Under the pieces are notes generated by a model. That model saw only the letters and a program-made list of their open reading frames with translations, made no database searches and had not been told where the DNA came from. The position numbers and the translations under genes were made by a program. Of a DNA stretch of 64,000 nucleotides, positions 22,001 through 31,042 are shown one piece after another. Numbering within the stretch: position 1 is the first letter of the stretch; each line of letters opens with the position of its first letter. Location: NCBI GenBank assembly GCA_963823035.1, contig CAWGKG010000018.1, positions 288,001 to 352,000 on the forward strand. The letters run 5' to 3'. Source of the DNA: an uncultured Gemmatimonadales bacterium. Lineage in GTDB: Bacteria; Gemmatimonadota; Gemmatimonadetes; Longimicrobiales; Gaopeijiaceae.

Positions 22001-22600
22001 CGTCTGCACCTCGGAGATCACGTCCTCCAGGCGCTGCAGGTCCAGCTCCGCCCGCTCCAGCCGACGGGTGGCCGCCTTGCGGCGGTCCTTGTACTTCCCG
22101 ATCCCCGCCGCCTCCTCGAAGAGCCCCCGGCGCTCGTCGGTGCGATCCGAGAGGATGGCGTCGATCATCCGGTTCTCGATCATCGCGTAGGCGTTCGCGC
22201 CCAAGCCGGTGTCGCGGTAGAGATCCACCACGTCGCGGAGGCGGACGGCGCTGCGGTTGATCGTGTACTCCGAGCCCCCGTCGCGGAACACCTGCCGGCC
22301 GATCTCGACCTCCTGGAAGGGCACCGGGAGCATCCCGTCCTCGTTGCTCACGGTGAGGGAGACGGAGCCGCGGTTCACCGGCCGCCGGTTCACCGTCCCC
22401 TGGAAGATCGCCTCCTCCATCTTCCCGCCGCGGATGGCGGAAGGACGCTGCTCGCCCAGCACCCAGCGGATGGCGTCGCTGATGTTCGACTTGCCGCACC
22501 CGTTCGGCCCGACGATCGCGGTGATGCCGTCGTGGAAGTCGATCTTGGTGGCGTCGGCGAACGACTTGAATCCGTGGACGCGGAGCGCGCGAAGCTTCAT
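19085..22600 (-). CDS. smc: Chromosome segregation protein SMC
   Basis: GFKSFAD, GPNGCGKSN Walker A, long coiled coils with a hinge, LSGGERAL signature, VLDEVDAPLD Walker B. Confidence 0.97.
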   Translation of the reverse strand: MKLRALRVHGFKSFADATKIDFHDGITAIVGPNGCGKSNISDAIRWVLGEQRPSAIRGGKMEEAIFQGTVNRRPVNRGSVSLTVSNEDGMLPVPFQEVEIGRQVFRDGGSEYTINRSAVRLRDVVDLYRDTGLGANAYAMIENRMIDAILSDRTDERRGLFEEAAGIGKYKDRRKAATRRLERAELDLQRLEDVISEVQTKVRSLARQKGKAERYMEYRKRRLDVEVAVVRHQLDTLEERLARVTRELEGDQRSGEGMVAEVRTAEAEYEALRLREVDAERERTEAARALEAVREQLVRWERDLAVADERATYAERRMGQIDEERAEARGRSERLDADGAELEADRDRVRAELEALRAVAEERRAALQEVRERLQGARERLEGVETRERELARKGAQLEGDAEACDAQAAELERRLERLADELNTTTDALTDLTSQGDLFSTQLDDLAGTVEGARGEVEACAAALAEARRALEEARERELLAADRAASLGARRTALEQLERDREGMEPVVKAALELADAGVLGTLSDFIRADVGPARAAEAYLGALARALVVLDAAALHRVHAWFSERWEGGGGLILLPLDRVPDGGSPTSGSILTRIEAVGAGAPWVRALLSGVDLVDDLDLDGAGERVSASGAVVERRGVVRLGNPAGATGLLERREQLRAVREEHERAAAAAEAARAERATAEEEARASEQTLEAARDALRSAEDTHHRTSAELQARSDQRGRMDRHRDEVARQVEGTRASRARALERATEAREDRQVLLAEEEGIHAQRQAAREAMEAVQEEWETARAEEARIAVDLARMEGDVTRLSERLEGVVAARTQAHERVAALDAEEGQLREERAEARRIREEGAEATERLFAERTTAEGAVREKDLALAGVAEALAVAERRAREARTAERAASDHRHALELEQQELAGRIARIRERLEGEWGRTLETLLEQAEPVEGEQDALQEELRELVVALDRLGPVNMLAVEEHEEESKRLTFLTEQRDDLVTARNDLRNAIREINKTATDLFESTFGAIRQNFRDTFLRLFEGGEADLWLQDPEDPLESPIEIHASPRGKKTQRIDLLSGGERALTALSLLFGIYLVKPSPFCVLDEVDAPLDENNIGRFIKLLQDFKEQTQFVVITHNPRTIEAADWIYGVTMEEPGVSTIVGVRLEEALQAAGAA

Positions 22601-22739
22601 GGACAGGAGGTCGAAGGTGCAGGGCGGGCCGAACCCGGATCGGAGCGCCGACCCGCGCCGGGCGCGAGCACGGGGTAGGCAAAGCTACGTCGGAAAGGGC
22701 CGAGGGCGGAGGGGGTGGCCAGTCGGCGCACGAAGCTCC

Positions 22740-24188
22740 TCAGGAATCCGGGGTGGGGACGCGTCCGATCCGCTCGGTCAGGGCGGAGGCGCTCAGCCCC
22801 CGCTCCTGGAGCAGCCGCGCGAGGCCGACGCCCTCGGATTCCTCGGCGTAGGCACCGGCATAGACCCGGTAGCGCACGGACCCGTCTTCGTAGTCGACCG
22901 CGAGCACGTATGCGGGGATGTCGAGGCCGGCCAGCACCTCCACACGCCTCACCGCAGCGTCGAGCTCGGGCATCTCCCCCAGCTGGAAGGCGCGTGGCGT
23001 CGAGATCGGCTCCGCCTCGCCCACCCCCGCGCCGACCGCCGCCGTCAGGCGGCCCACCAACGCCTCCGCCGCCGACGCGTCCGTGGCCGGGCCGGCGAGC
23101 ACGCGGTGGCGGAGGATGCCGCCGTCCGCGATCGGCTCGGTGATGACGACCACGTCCGGAAGCATGCCTGCGAGCGCGGCGGCGCGCTCGGCGGCGGCCG
23201 TCGCGTCGTCGAACGTGCCCACGTCCACGGAGAACGTCTGTCGCGGCGCGCCCTCCGCCGGCAGGAGCACCGCCGCGCTCCCGCTGGCCTGGCCGCCGGC
23301 GCCGCCCGGCGTGATGCCGGGGACGTTCACGAATCCCAGGAAGGCTGCCACGAGAACGGCGATCACCAGGAGGACGCCCACGGCCACGAGCGCGAAGATC
23401 CGTCCCCCGCCCCGGGACGGCCGTGGCGCGGGTGCCCCGCGGACTTCCTGCCCCTCCTTCGCCGGCCGGCTCTCGGGCACGCGATAGAGTGGATCGTCCG
23501 CCGCATCCAGGACGTCGACACCCTCGGCGTCCTCGGGGGCGTCCGCAGGCACGTCGCGGGACGCTCCCACGAGCGCGGCGACACGCTCCTCCCCCGGAGC
23601 GTCGACCGCGTCGGAAAGCCCGACCGACCCGCGCACCTTCGCCGTTCCTTCGACGAGCACGCCAGCGGGAGCCTCGTCGGGCGCCAGGAGAAGCACGACG
23701 TCGGAGGCCTCCCGCACCACGGAGGGGAGCCCGGCCTCGGAGACCGGGACCAGGACGACGAGCGTCACCCCCGCCTCGCGGAAGCCCTCGCACACCTCGC
23801 CCCAACGCTCCGAGCGTAGCGCGGCCGCGCCGTCCGCGATGGGGGTACCCGCCGTGACCACGAAGCCCACGCGCTCGGTCGCGCGCGCTACCCTCTGGAG
23901 CGAGCCACCCCAGAGGAGCATGTCACTGAGCCCTTCGTCGAGGGGGACGTTCGCGGCCCTGTGCAGGCAGGGCTCCTGGAACGACGCGTCGGCGGCCACC
24001 ACCCTCCCGCCCGTGGCGACCCCCCAGGAGGCCGCGAGGCCGAGGGTCACCTCGCCCACCCAGCCACCCTTCATCGCGCCCGCACCGGCGACCAGCGCGA
24101 CGATGTGCCCCGGGCGGTCTCCGTCGGGCGAGAGCGTCGGGGGAGCGTCGGGGTCGAACGGTTTCCAGGCGGGAAGGTCGTGCGTCAT
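22740..24188 (-). CDS. Bitopic protein: degenerate P-loop (MinD/BY-kinase-like) N-domain, TM helix, two SPOR-like domains
   Basis: VVAADASFQEPCLH...EGLSDML; TM IFALVAVGVLLVIAVLVAAFLGFV; FSVDVGTF..HRVLAGP; FQLGE..YRVYAGAY. Confidence 0.65.
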   Translation of the reverse strand: MTHDLPAWKPFDPDAPPTLSPDGDRPGHIVALVAGAGAMKGGWVGEVTLGLAASWGVATGGRVVAADASFQEPCLHRAANVPLDEGLSDMLLWGGSLQRVARATERVGFVVTAGTPIADGAAALRSERWGEVCEGFREAGVTLVVLVPVSEAGLPSVVREASDVVLLLAPDEAPAGVLVEGTAKVRGSVGLSDAVDAPGEERVAALVGASRDVPADAPEDAEGVDVLDAADDPLYRVPESRPAKEGQEVRGAPAPRPSRGGGRIFALVAVGVLLVIAVLVAAFLGFVNVPGITPGGAGGQASGSAAVLLPAEGAPRQTFSVDVGTFDDATAAAERAAALAGMLPDVVVITEPIADGGILRHRVLAGPATDASAAEALVGRLTAAVGAGVGEAEPISTPRAFQLGEMPELDAAVRRVEVLAGLDIPAYVLAVDYEDGSVRYRVYAGAYAEESEGVGLARLLQERGLSASALTERIGRVPTPDS

Positions 24189-24293
24189 CGGGAAGTCCGG
24201 CTCCGGCGATGGATGCGCAGCGACCCGCCGTGGGCTCGGACGAGCCGTGGCGAGCCGGAGTCAGGGTCCGGCCCCCACCACCGGACGGCCTAC

Positions 24294-24322
24294 AACTTAG
24301 AGCGAGCGACCGCCCCGGGCAA
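24294..24322 (-). promoter_or_regulatory. Candidate sigma70 promoter of the SPOR-domain gene
   Basis: TTGCCC-N17-TAAGTT. Confidence 0.45.
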
Positions 24323-24365
24323 ACGTCTCGCAGACGTCGCGAAGGGCGCGCCGGACAGCAGGTTA

Positions 24366-24394
24366 CGCCCCCGGGCGGGTGTCCGCCGGGGGCG
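24366..24394 (-). terminator. GC-rich hairpin right after the rsfS stop (no U tract)
   Basis: CGCCCCCGG...CCGGGGGCG, a 9-bp perfect inverted repeat. Confidence 0.4.
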
Positions 24395-24396
24395 CC

Positions 24397-24771
24397 TCAG
24401 TCCTCCTGCTCCGCGGTCCACGAGGGGGCATCCCCCCACAGGTTCTCGAGCTGGTAGAAGGCCCGGGCCTGCGGGTGGAAGACGTGCACCACGAAGTCGA
24501 TGTAGTCCAGGAGCGCCCACCGCCCGCCCTGGAGGCCCTCCACGTGGTTCGGCCGGTGGCCGTCCTCGCGCAGCTCGTCGACGATGTGCTCGGCGATCGC
24601 CTTGACCTGCACGTCGCTCCGGCCGCTCGCCACGAGGAAGAAGTCCGTCGCGGAGGAGATGCCCCGCAGGTCGAGCACCATCACGTCGTGCGCTTTCAGC
24701 TCCTGCGCGAGCTCCGTCGCGCGGAGCACGACTGCGGGGAGGTCAGACGGAGCGAGCTCGGTCTTCGGCAA
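24397..24771 (-). CDS. rsfS: Ribosome silencing factor
   Basis: KAHDVMVLDLRGISSATDFFLVASG, WALLDYIDFVVHVF, RAFYQLENLWGD. Confidence 0.95.
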   Translation of the reverse strand: MPKTELAPSDLPAVVLRATELAQELKAHDVMVLDLRGISSATDFFLVASGRSDVQVKAIAEHIVDELREDGHRPNHVEGLQGGRWALLDYIDFVVHVFHPQARAFYQLENLWGDAPSWTAEQED

Positions 24772-24774
24772 GCC

Positions 24775-25233
24775 TCAGCCCTCTTCGCGCTCGACGGTCA
24801 CCATGATCAGGCCCTCGACCTCGGCGTGCAGGCGCACCGGTACCTCGAAGGCCCCCAGCGCCTTGAGCGGCTCGTCCATGACGATGATCCGCTTGTCCAA
24901 CTCGAAGTCCAACTCGCCCGAGGCGTTGGAGCGGTCGGCGATGTCCGCGTTCGTGACCGACCCGAACAGCTTGCCGTCCTCGCCGGCCCGTGCGTGGAAC
25001 GTCAGCGCCAACCCCACGAGCTGCGCCGCGCGACGACGCGCCTCGAGGTAGTCGCGGCGGGCCCGCTCCTCGGACTTCTTCTGCTCTTCCTCCATCCGCC
25101 GCATGTTGGCCGCACTGGCCTCGTACGCGAGCCCCTGCGGGATGAGGTAGTTACGCCCGTACCCGGGCTTCACGGTCACCACCTCGCCCGCGTCGCCGAG
25201 ATTGTCGACGGCCTGCTTCAGGATCAGCTTCAT
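24775..25233 (-). CDS. rplI: 50S ribosomal protein bL9
   Basis: LGDAGEVVTVKPGYGRNYLIPQG; GKLFGSVT. Confidence 0.97.
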   Translation of the reverse strand: MKLILKQAVDNLGDAGEVVTVKPGYGRNYLIPQGLAYEASAANMRRMEEEQKKSEERARRDYLEARRRAAQLVGLALTFHARAGEDGKLFGSVTNADIADRSNASGELDFELDKRIIVMDEPLKALGAFEVPVRLHAEVEGLIMVTVEREEG

Positions 25234-25251
25234 ACTTCCTCCAAGGTGTCG

Positions 25252-26193
25252 TCAGGCGGCCACGGAACCCGCCCTGCTCCGCACGTCCAGCCAGGTGTCG
25301 CCGATGCCCACCACGAGCGCCCCCAACAGCACCAGGGGCGGCACGAAGAGGAGGCCGAGCGCCACCAGGACGTAGCCGAACAGCGAGAGACCGCCGCTCA
25401 AGAACATGATCACGGCCGCTCCGCGCAGTGCGTAGAGGGCCCCCATGAAGACCACCGCGTTCGCGCCCACGCTCGCCAGCGCGTCGCCCCAGCGGATCAC
25501 CAGCAGGGCCAGCCCGCCGATGAAGAGCCAGACGAGGTGGTCGTTGAACCGGAACTCGCGCACGGGGCTCAGCCCCTGGTCGCTCCCCGAGGACAGGCGA
25601 ACGTACAGCCACCACGCCACACCCAGCCCGGCCATCGACGCGATACCGACCAGCGCCGGGAAGACCGCGGTCTGCACCTCCACGGTCCGGTAGATCGCGC
25701 TCACCAGCCCCGGCGGCACGGCCTCTCCGCCCCGCATCAGGCGCCACGCCTCGATCGCCGTCGCCACCCCGTCGATCATGCGGTCCCGTACCGCCCAGGT
25801 CAGCGCTTCCCACGCGCCGTGGCGTAGCCCCAGGAACAACCCCGTCGCTCCGGCCCCGACGGCCAGCGCGAGGAGGGCCCTCCCCGAGAAGGAGGCCTTC
25901 GGACGGCGCAGCGTGAGCGCCGCGAAGCATCCGCCCGCCATGAGCGCCCACCCCCGCTCCACGTACCAGACGCCGTCCCCCGGGTTGCCCGAGACCACGA
26001 ACAACATCCAGAGGGCCGCCGCCACCACGACCCCGGCTCGCTTCAACCCGAGCGCCAACGCGAGCGCCAGGAACGGCACGCCGATCAGGATCGTCGGACG
26101 GGCCACCGGATTCGCGAGGGCGACACCGAGGAGCGCCGCGGCGCGGATCCAGCCCCGAGACCGGCGCGCGGGCGGCGGGGAGGCGTCGGCCAC
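25252..26193 (-). CDS. DUF2232/YybS-like membrane protein
   Basis: Multi-TM protein; FRFNDHLVW and GIGDTWLDVR; usual position between rpsR and rplI. Confidence 0.8.
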   Translation of the reverse strand: MADASPPPARRSRGWIRAAALLGVALANPVARPTILIGVPFLALALALGLKRAGVVVAAALWMLFVVSGNPGDGVWYVERGWALMAGGCFAALTLRRPKASFSGRALLALAVGAGATGLFLGLRHGAWEALTWAVRDRMIDGVATAIEAWRLMRGGEAVPPGLVSAIYRTVEVQTAVFPALVGIASMAGLGVAWWLYVRLSSGSDQGLSPVREFRFNDHLVWLFIGGLALLVIRWGDALASVGANAVVFMGALYALRGAAVIMFLSGGLSLFGYVLVALGLLFVPPLVLLGALVVGIGDTWLDVRSRAGSVAA

Positions 26194-26200
26194 GGTCCGA

Positions 26201-26824
26201 CTACCCCTCGTGCCGGCGCGTGTACGGGATGAGCGACAGATAGCGGGCGCGCTTCACGGCCGATCCGAGCTGCCGCTGGAAACCCGCGGTCACCTTCGTG
26301 GTTCGCTTCGGGAGGATCTTCCCGGACTCCGTCAGGAAGCGCGAGAGCGTGCTCACGTCCTTGTAGTTCAGGAGCTCGATCGGAGGCCCCTCCATCCGCC
26401 GGCGCCGCCCTCGGCCACCCTGGAACTGTGGCGGGGAGTCGTCGTCGTCCTCCTCCTCCTCTTCCTCCTCGTCGTCGTCGTCCTTGTCGCCGGCCGGACG
26501 TGTGACCTCGGCCATGATCGACATGCCGGAGGTGGGCTCGCCCTCGTTGAGCACGAGGAGATAGCGCATGACCTCCTCGTCCAGCTTGAGGAGACGCTCG
26601 AACTCGGGCAGGGCGTTGGGCGCCGCGGTGAACTGGGCGACCACGTAGTAGCCGGACTTCTGGCGCTTGATGGGGTAGGCGAGCTGCCGAATACCCCAGT
26701 GATCCACGGCGGAGATCTCACCGCCGTCGGAGACGGCCAGCCCGTGGAACTTCTCGAGCTTCGCCGTGACGGCGCCCTCGTCGAGCGCCGGGTCGAGAAT
26801 GTAGACGACCTCGTAGAGCCGCAT
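26201..26824 (-). CDS. rpsF-rpsR: Fused ribosomal proteins bS6::bS18 (207 aa)
   Basis: S6: [32 protein letters not shown]; acidic linker; S18: [44 protein letters not shown]. Confidence 0.92.
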   Translation of the reverse strand: MRLYEVVYILDPALDEGAVTAKLEKFHGLAVSDGGEISAVDHWGIRQLAYPIKRQKSGYYVVAQFTAAPNALPEFERLLKLDEEVMRYLLVLNEGEPTSGMSIMAEVTRPAGDKDDDDEEEEEEEDDDDSPPQFQGGRGRRRRMEGPPIELLNYKDVSTLSRFLTESGKILPKRTTKVTAGFQRQLGSAVKRARYLSLIPYTRRHEG

Positions 26825-26857
26825 CTTCGCTTCCCTCGGTCCGTTGGGTTGCACGGG

Positions 26858-26907
26858 CCCCTCCGTGAGGATGCGCCCATCGCTGCGGCTGGGGCGCCCC
26901 GGAGGAG
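26858..26907 (-). promoter_or_regulatory. Candidate S6:S18 autoregulatory leader RNA
   Basis: CTCCTCCG/CGGAGGGG outer stem, GCGCCC/GGGCGC inner stem, loop containing CCG; about 33 nt before the rpsF ATG. Confidence 0.4.
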
Positions 26908-26980
26908 CGGGATGTGTTTTTCGAGCCCTTCAAGGTAACCGCGGACGCTTCCGACCGGAACCCGAGCCGCGGCCGACCCG

Positions 26981-28189
26981 CTACCCGATCGACACCTGCA
27001 TCGCCATGATCAGCGACCCGTGCCGTCCGAAGGCCCAGCGGGCTTCTTCCACGTCCAGCCGCTCGCGGTTGGTGTGCGCGAAGCGCTCCTCACCCGGCGC
27101 GAAGCCCAGGGTGGGGATCCCGTACACGCCGCAGGACCACCCGCCGTCCGTGGCGAACGTCCACGGACGCACCGTGGCGGGCGTGTCCGCGTCGTCGCGG
27201 CGCCCCACGGCGGCGGCCGCGGCCCGGACCACCGGGTGCTCGGGGTCCATGAGGAAGCCGGGCGTGAGGAGGTTCCTCCCCTCCTCGAGCCCCGTGTAGG
27301 CGACCTGGTGCTCGTGCGCCATCCGCACCTGCACCTGGAAGCCGTCCGGGACGGTTGGGAGGCGCTCGTCGACGGCCGCACGCACGCGCGCCGTCAGCGA
27401 GGCGTCGTCGTCCCCGGGGAGGATGCGCCAGTCGAGCGCCACCACCACCTGGTCGGGGATCACGTTCCGGCTCTCCGGGAGGACGTTCACCATGGTGGCG
27501 GTCACCGAGGAGGCGCCCAGCACGGGCTCCGAGGGCTGCCGCGCCCCAAGGTCCCGCACCGCCGCGAGCACGTCGCCCAGGAGGTCGAGGGCGTTGTGCG
27601 CCCGCCCGGGCGCGCTGGCGTGGCCGGCGAGGCCGGTGATCACCACCTCGAGCTCCGCCCGGCCCCGATGGCCGATGCACACGTCGCCCTGCGTGGCCTC
27701 CCCGATGACGACCGCCCCGGGAGACACCGACTTCGAATCGAGGAGGTGCTTCATGCCGAGCCCGCCGCGCTCCTCGAGGACGGTGTGCGCGACGATCACG
27801 TCCCCCGGCGCGTCACCCGCCAGCGCCGCGGCGGTGTAGGTCTGCAGCGCGAGCGGACCCTTGATGTCCATCGCCCCACGGCCGTGGAGGAAGCCGTCGC
27901 GCACCTCGCCGGAGAACGGCGGGACCTCCCAGTCCGCGTGGTCACCTTCGGCCACCACGTCCATGTGGCAGTTGAGCAGGACGGAGGGCGCCTCGCCACG
28001 GCCGCGCGCCACGCCGATCACGTTGCCGGCCTCGTCCACCCGGACGTCGTCCAGGCCGAGGGCCTCCATCTCCGCGCGCACCCGGCGGGCCACGTCGCCC
28101 TCGTGACCGGGAAGGCCCGGGATGCGGATCAGTTCGGCGGCGAACGCCAAGGCGTTCTCGAACGTCGGTTCCTTCGGCCCGCTGCTCAC
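26981..28189 (-). CDS. M20 family metallopeptidase/amidohydrolase (ArgE/DapE/YgeY-like)
   Basis: HMDVV, GRGAMDIKG, VLEE, IGEAT, GHRGR, GHASAP, FATDG, GFAPGEERFAH; GTG start with GAGGAGG upstream. Confidence 0.88.
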   Translation of the reverse strand: MSSGPKEPTFENALAFAAELIRIPGLPGHEGDVARRVRAEMEALGLDDVRVDEAGNVIGVARGRGEAPSVLLNCHMDVVAEGDHADWEVPPFSGEVRDGFLHGRGAMDIKGPLALQTYTAAALAGDAPGDVIVAHTVLEERGGLGMKHLLDSKSVSPGAVVIGEATQGDVCIGHRGRAELEVVITGLAGHASAPGRAHNALDLLGDVLAAVRDLGARQPSEPVLGASSVTATMVNVLPESRNVIPDQVVVALDWRILPGDDDASLTARVRAAVDERLPTVPDGFQVQVRMAHEHQVAYTGLEEGRNLLTPGFLMDPEHPVVRAAAAAVGRRDDADTPATVRPWTFATDGGWSCGVYGIPTLGFAPGEERFAHTNRERLDVEEARWAFGRHGSLIMAMQVSIG

Positions 28190-28291
28190 ACGCTCACCTC
28201 CTCTGCGCATCCGGTGTCCCTCGTGAAGCGGGGCCGGACCCCGAAGGGCCGGCCCCACCATCCTGCCGACTTCGTCACGCTCCGGCCGGGT

Positions 28292-30425
28292 CTATCCGAA
28301 GATCCCGTGCACGGCGTCCATGAGCCACTGGAACGCCGTGGTCTCCTGGAGGATGATGTGGTGCACGCGTACGAACCACGGCGCCAGCACCAGGGAGACG
28401 ACGCTCATCAGCTTGATGAGGATGTTCATCGACGGCCCGGACGTGTCCTTGAACGGATCGCCCACCGTGTCGCCCACGACGGCGGCCTTGTGTGGATCCG
28501 AGCCCTTGCCGCCGTGCGCGCCGCCCTCGATGTACTTCTTGGCGTTGTCCCACGCGCCGCCGGCGTTCGCCATGAACAGCGCCATGAGCACGCCGGTCAC
28601 CGTGGCGCCGGCCAGGAGGCCGCCCAGCGCCTCGACGCCCAGGAAGTACCCGACGATCACCGGCGCCGCCACGGCCGTGATTCCCGGAAGGATCATCTCC
28701 CGGAGCGCCGCGCGCGTCGAGATGTCCACGCAGCGCGCCGAGTCCGGCTTGCCCGTGCCTTCCATGATCCCCGGGATCTCACGGAACTGCCGGCGCACCT
28801 CTTCCACCATGCCCTGCGCGGCCCGTCCAACGGCCGTCATCGTGAGCGCGGCGACGAAGAACGGGAGGATGCCGCCCAGGAAGAGGCCGATGACGACCTC
28901 CGGGTTGACGAGGTCGATGCCCGTCTCCTGCAGCCCCACTTTCGACGAGTAGGCGCTGAACAACGCCAGGGCGGTCAGCGCCGCCGAGCCGATCGCGAAG
29001 CCCTTGCCGATGGCGGCCGTCGTGTTGCCGATGGAGTCGAGGGAGTCCGTGATCTTGCGCACGTCCGGACCCAGGTGCGCCATCTCGCTGATGCCGCCCG
29101 CGTTGTCCGCGATCGGCCCGTAGGCGTCCACCGACATGGTCACGCCCACCGTGGCGAGCATGCCCACGGCGGCGATGCCGATGCCGTACAGCCCGGCGAA
29201 CCAGTAGCTGACGCCGATCGCGACGCAGATCAGGATCACCGGGATCGCCGTGGATTCCATCCCCACGGCCAGGCCCGCGATGATGTTCGTCGCGGCGCCG
29301 GTCTGGCTGGCCTCGGCGATCCTCCGGATCGGCCCCGCGGCCGTGTAGTACTCGGTCACCAGGCCGATCGCGATCCCCACGAGCGTGCCCGCAACGATCG
29401 CCACCCACGGGCCGAACGTCGGATAGATGCGCCCGCTCTCGGCGTCGCTGAAGGTGATCCCCATGTTCTGGACGACAAAGAACATCACGCCCAGGAAGAG
29501 CAGCGCCGCGATGAACGTCACGTTGCGCAGCGCCGCGGCCGGATTGGTGCGCTCCAGAACCTTCATCATGGCGATCCCGATCAGGGACGCCACCAGGCCG
29601 ACCATCACGGTCAGCAGCGGCAGCGCCACGGCCGCGGCTCGGTGGGACGCCAGCGCCGGCGCGGTGGCGCCGATGGCGATCGTCGCCACGATCGATCCGA
29701 CGTACGACTCGTAGATGTCGGCGCCCATTCCGGCGACGTCCCCCACATTGTCGCCCACGTTGTCGGCGATGGTGGCCGGGTTGCGGGGGTCGTCCTCGGG
29801 GATGCCGGCCTCGACCTTGCCCACGAGGTCGGCACCGACGTCGGCCGCCTTCGTGTAGATGCCGCCCCCGACGCGCGCGAACAGAGCGATCGAGCTCGCG
29901 CCCATGGCGAAGCCGGATACGATCTCGGAGAAGCGCGGGAACTCACCCGTGCCCGGTACCGCGTCCGCCGCGTACAGGAAGTAGAAAGCGCCCCAGGCCG
30001 ATCATCCCCAACGCGGCCACGGCCAGCCCCATCACGGCGCCGCCGAAGAAGGCGACGCGCAGCGCCTTTCCCGCACCGACGTCCTTCGCCGCCGCGGACG
30101 TCCGCGTGTTGGCCCGCGTCGCGGACTTCATCCCGAAGAACCCGGCGGCCACGGAGCTCAGCGCCCCGAAGACGTAGGCCACGGCCGGCGTGGTGCCGAT
30201 GGCCAGGCTCAGGAGGATCGCGACGACCACCACGAACACCGCGAGCACCGTGTACTCGCGGCGCAGGAACGCCATGGCGCCGTCGTGGATCTGCTCACCC
30301 AGGTCGATCATGAGCGCGGTGCCCGGCGGCTGTCTCTTCACATAGCCGTAGATCCCGGCGGCGGTGAAGATCCCCACCAGCCCCAGGGCCCACGCCCAAT
30401 CGGTCAATACGACGAGGTCCGTCAT
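28292..30425 (-). CDS. hppA: Membrane-integral K+-dependent, probably Na+-translocating pyrophosphatase; +1 frameshift at 29991-29994
   Basis: [58 protein letters not shown]; the two ORFs join on removal of one G. Confidence 0.93.
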
Positions 30426-30461
30426 TGGATCGGTTTCCTTTGTCCTCGTGTTCCGTTGCGT

Positions 30462-31025
30462 TCAGCGATTGAAACGGTTCATCGCCGCTTCGATGCCGTC
30501 GGAAAGCCAGGCCTCGACGGCCTGGGTCAGTTCGGGCAGGAGCCCAACCACAACTTCCTCGTCCTTCTCCGGCATGGGGGACAGCACCCAGTCCGCCAGG
30601 TCCATCCCCTCCGGTTTGCGTCCGACGCCGATCCGCATGCGCGGATACTCGTCCGAGCGCAGTGCCCCCGAGACCGACTTGAGCCCGTTGTGCCCTCCCG
30701 GGCTCCCGCCGGAGCGGAGGCGTACCCGCCCCACGTCAAGGGCCGCGTCATCCACGACGACCAGGAGGTCCGCGGCCGCATCGAACCCCTCCAGGTCGCT
30801 CAGGAACCGCAGCGCTGCTCCGCTCCGGTTCATGTAGGTCACGGGTTTGACGAGGAGTACGGCACGACCTGCCGCCGTCCCCTCCGTAGTCAGCGCACGG
30901 CCCTGGCGCACGAACGTCTCGAAGCGCCAGTCGTGGGCCAACCGATCCATCATCCACCACCCGACGTTGTGCCGGGTGGCGTCATACTCGGGCCCCGGAT
31001 TGCCGAGCCCGACCACGACCTTCAC
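30462..31025 (-). CDS. pth: Peptidyl-tRNA hydrolase
   Basis: VGLGNPG..TRHNVG, KPVTYMNRSG, GGHNGLKS. Confidence 0.97.
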   Translation of the reverse strand: MKVVVGLGNPGPEYDATRHNVGWWMMDRLAHDWRFETFVRQGRALTTEGTAAGRAVLLVKPVTYMNRSGAALRFLSDLEGFDAAADLLVVVDDAALDVGRVRLRSGGSPGGHNGLKSVSGALRSDEYPRMRIGVGRKPEGMDLADWVLSPMPEKDEEVVVGLLPELTQAVEAWLSDGIEAAMNRFNR

Positions 31026-31042
31026 GGGCGAGCGGGGGGAGG

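Noticed and set aside
18839..22678. Very long antisense ORFs (also 9633-12404, 27020-30313, 40069-43275, 45679-48636 and others)
   Set aside because: They are shadow frames of well-supported minus-strand genes in high-GC DNA, with no recognisable motifs.
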